From Vulcanimicrobiota bacterium (GTDB taxonomy: Bacteria > Vulcanimicrobiota > Vulcanimicrobiia > Vulcanimicrobiales > Vulcanimicrobiaceae): a stretch of DNA of 64,000 nt. The notes under the pieces were generated by a model. That model ran no database searches. It was not told where the DNA came from and worked only from the letters and a program-made list of their open reading frames with translations. The translations under genes and the position numbers were made by a program. Every line of letters starts with the position of its first letter. Position 1 is the first letter of the stretch. Where the stretch lies: NCBI GenBank assembly GCA_963795855.1, contig CAWCIZ010000006.1, forward strand, positions 32,001-96,000. The letters run 5' to 3'. Positions 62,187 through 64,000 of this stretch are shown in pieces.

Positions 62187-63545
62187 CTACTGCAGAGTGT
62201 TTTTGATGAAGTTGTCTATGCTCTGTGATAGCGTGGTGTTGCCGGACGACTGTGCAGACGACTTGGCCTTATTAAGAGCAAGGAGCGCCTGCGATTTCAG
62301 ACTAGAGTCCTGCTTGCTGCCGACCACCCACTCGCCTGCTAAGGCTACGCCCTCCGCGTAATTCGCAAGCGCGTCGTTCGCATTGATTGCCAAAGCCTTG
62401 TCCGCATAAGACTTGACCTTTGCATAGTCGTCCTTGGTGGGTGTCGTTTTTTGCGACTGCAGCACTGCGTTCTGTTCCAACGCCGCCGCTGCATACGCTG
62501 TGACTTGCACCGCAGGCGACCCGGATGCTGCGGCTTGTTCGAAGTCTTTGAGCGCTTCCGCGTGATTGCCGGCCTTCGACGCTTCGTTCGCGGCTTGAAT
62601 GTAGTGGTTGCCTTCGAGCGTGGCGACCGATGTGTTCGTGGGATCGATTTGCTTTATCGTCGCCAATGTCGCTTGCGCGTCGGCGGTGTCGCCGGCCTTG
62701 GTATAGGCGGAGTAGAGCTGCGATGCAATCGCGACCTTCGTTTTTTTATCGGTCTTCTGATCGGCCTGCACGAGCTGCATCGCCTTCTTCAGATCGGTCA
62801 CCGCGCTCGCGCTGTCTCCGGCTTGGAGTTCCGCAGTTCCCAGCGCGTAATAGGAGTTCGCGCCGGGTGCGAGCGCTGCCGCCTTTTTGCCGTACGCGAC
62901 CGCCTGCTGCGGCGCGGTGGCGGCCGTCTTCACGGCAGCGAGCGCGTACGATTGCGCCGCCACTTGCGCGAACGTCTTCGTAATCGTTGAAACCTTATCG
63001 AACGCAGCGGCGGCCGCCGGATAATCGGCGAGGAAGTAGTTCGCGGTCCCGAGTTCTTGGTTGAGCAGCGGATCGTTCGGATTTTGCGCGAGCGCTCCGC
63101 TTAGTTGCGCTTTCGCCTGTTCGTATTTGCCTTGATGGATGAGCGCGTCGATCTTCGCACCAGTGCTGCCGCGCACAACGGAGTCTCCGGAAGCCGCGAC
63201 GGAACGGCCCTTGAATTTCAGCGTGAAATCGTAATACGCCGTGACGGCCGTCGAGCCGCGATGCGCGGGACGGTAGGTCGAATTGTTGGCGATGTCCCTC
63301 GCCGCGCCGTTATCAGCCGAATTCGTCGAACGGATGATCTTGACGACGCGATGGGAGCCGTTGGCGTTCACTTGGACTTGAACGACCACAATACCCGAAC
63401 CGGCGATGCCCTTAGAGGTCGAACCCTGATGGATCAACTTCGCGGGCATGAATTCATTTGCGTATTGCGCGCTAGCCGGAAGCGCGAATGCGGCCCCCGC
63501 TGCAACGGCGGTCGCCCCCGCCAAGATGCGAATGGAACGAATCAT
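62187..63545 (-). CDS. Secreted protein with N-terminal TonB-C-like domain and TPR repeats
   Basis: Signal peptide (ASA|QY); GIVVVQVQVNANG...STYRPA...YYDFTLKF; Ala/Tyr-rich TPR-like helices. Confidence 0.75.
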   Translation of the reverse strand: MIRSIRILAGATAVAAGAAFALPASAQYANEFMPAKLIHQGSTSKGIAGSGIVVVQVQVNANGSHRVVKIIRSTNSADNGAARDIANNSTYRPAHRGSTAVTAYYDFTLKFKGRSVAASGDSVVRGSTGAKIDALIHQGKYEQAKAQLSGALAQNPNDPLLNQELGTANYFLADYPAAAAAFDKVSTITKTFAQVAAQSYALAAVKTAATAPQQAVAYGKKAAALAPGANSYYALGTAELQAGDSASAVTDLKKAMQLVQADQKTDKKTKVAIASQLYSAYTKAGDTADAQATLATIKQIDPTNTSVATLEGNHYIQAANEASKAGNHAEALKDFEQAAASGSPAVQVTAYAAAALEQNAVLQSQKTTPTKDDYAKVKSYADKALAINANDALANYAEGVALAGEWVVGSKQDSSLKSQALLALNKAKSSAQSSGNTTLSQSIDNFIKNTLQ

Positions 63546-63724
63546 GCGTTGTCTTTTTCCTAATCTCGTGTGTAACTGAAGATGAAGGCGGAAGCAAGGT
63601 GCGTAAGCCTTGATACCGCTGATAAACGCAACTCAAACGGCTTTCGTAGGCCGCATTCCCCAGCAAGCAACCTTGCCGCGGCAGGCCGTACGGCGCGTCT
63701 TTGTCGAGGGAAGTCGGTCCCCTG

Positions 63725-64000
63725 CTAGGCCGTCAGGCTGGCAGCGGGGATGCGGCGGGACACGGCTCGGGCGACGATGTCGAGCTGCGCCATCAATGCG
63801 TCGAACTGCTCGAACGTCAAGGACTGCTGCCCGTCCGAAATCGCCGAACCCGGCTGCGGGTGCACCTCGATGAGCAGGCCGTCCGCGCCGGCAGCCATGG
63901 CGGCCAGCGCCATCGGTGCGACCAGCTTGGCAACGCCCGTGCCATGCGACGGATCGACGATGACGGGCAAGTGCGTGAGTGAGTGCAGCAGCGGTACGGC
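63725..64000 (-). CDS. aroF: DAHP synthase (class I-beta), 3' end only
   Basis: [33 protein letters not shown]; truncated by the window edge. Confidence 0.88.
   Translation of the reverse strand, partial: AVPLLHSLTHLPVIVDPSHGTGVAKLVAPMALAAMAAGADGLLIEVHPQPGSAISDGQQSLTFEQFDALMAQLDIVARAVSRRIPAASLTA

Overview
GC-rich bacterial chromosomal window made mostly of core and signalling genes. I see no rRNA, tRNA, CRISPR array, integrase or transposase. In order: pstBAC with a Pho-box-like repeat, a hemerythrin-like gene and a phoR/phoB-type pair; aldolase and NifU; a gdh/proline dehydrogenase/DapA-like operon; a poly-HAMP hybrid kinase with CheR, divergent from a GAF-PP2C-RsbW-like gene; ferredoxin, flavin oxidoreductase, SRPBCC cyclase and ketosynthase; SIMPL and an atypical Hsp100/Clp ATPase; rimP-nusA-ylxR-infB-rbfA-nrnA-truB-ribF; pyk; AraC, aspartyl protease and an ECF sigma pair; moaC-mog-folC-folP-folB-folK-accC-nusB-PBP1A-xseAB-tlyA-nadK-recN; uppP; PilZ; a TonB/ExbBD cluster; and the 3' end of a DAHP synthase. 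About 12 genes, including infB, folC, ribF and nusB, carry apparent 1-bp frameshifts. These most likely reflect sequencing or assembly indels, so apparent fusions and splits need caution. Best novelty candidates: (1) a ~200-nt structured RNA with its own promoter upstream of rimP; (2) a FolK fusion to a BCCP-like domain lacking the biotin lysine, directly upstream of accC; (3) a coupled pair of apparent pseudo-enzymes (degenerate tandem HD-GYP and degenerate DNA adenine MTase); (4) a Zn-finger plus TM-anchored Clp ATPase with no middle domain or ClpP loop; (5) a cyclase-ketosynthase mini cluster; (6) a repeated structured element on both sides of infB. Firmicutes-like rimP operon order together with TonB/ExbBD suggests a diderm Terrabacteria lineage such as Eremiobacterota (inference only). 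All calls come from motif recognition by eye; no searches were run.
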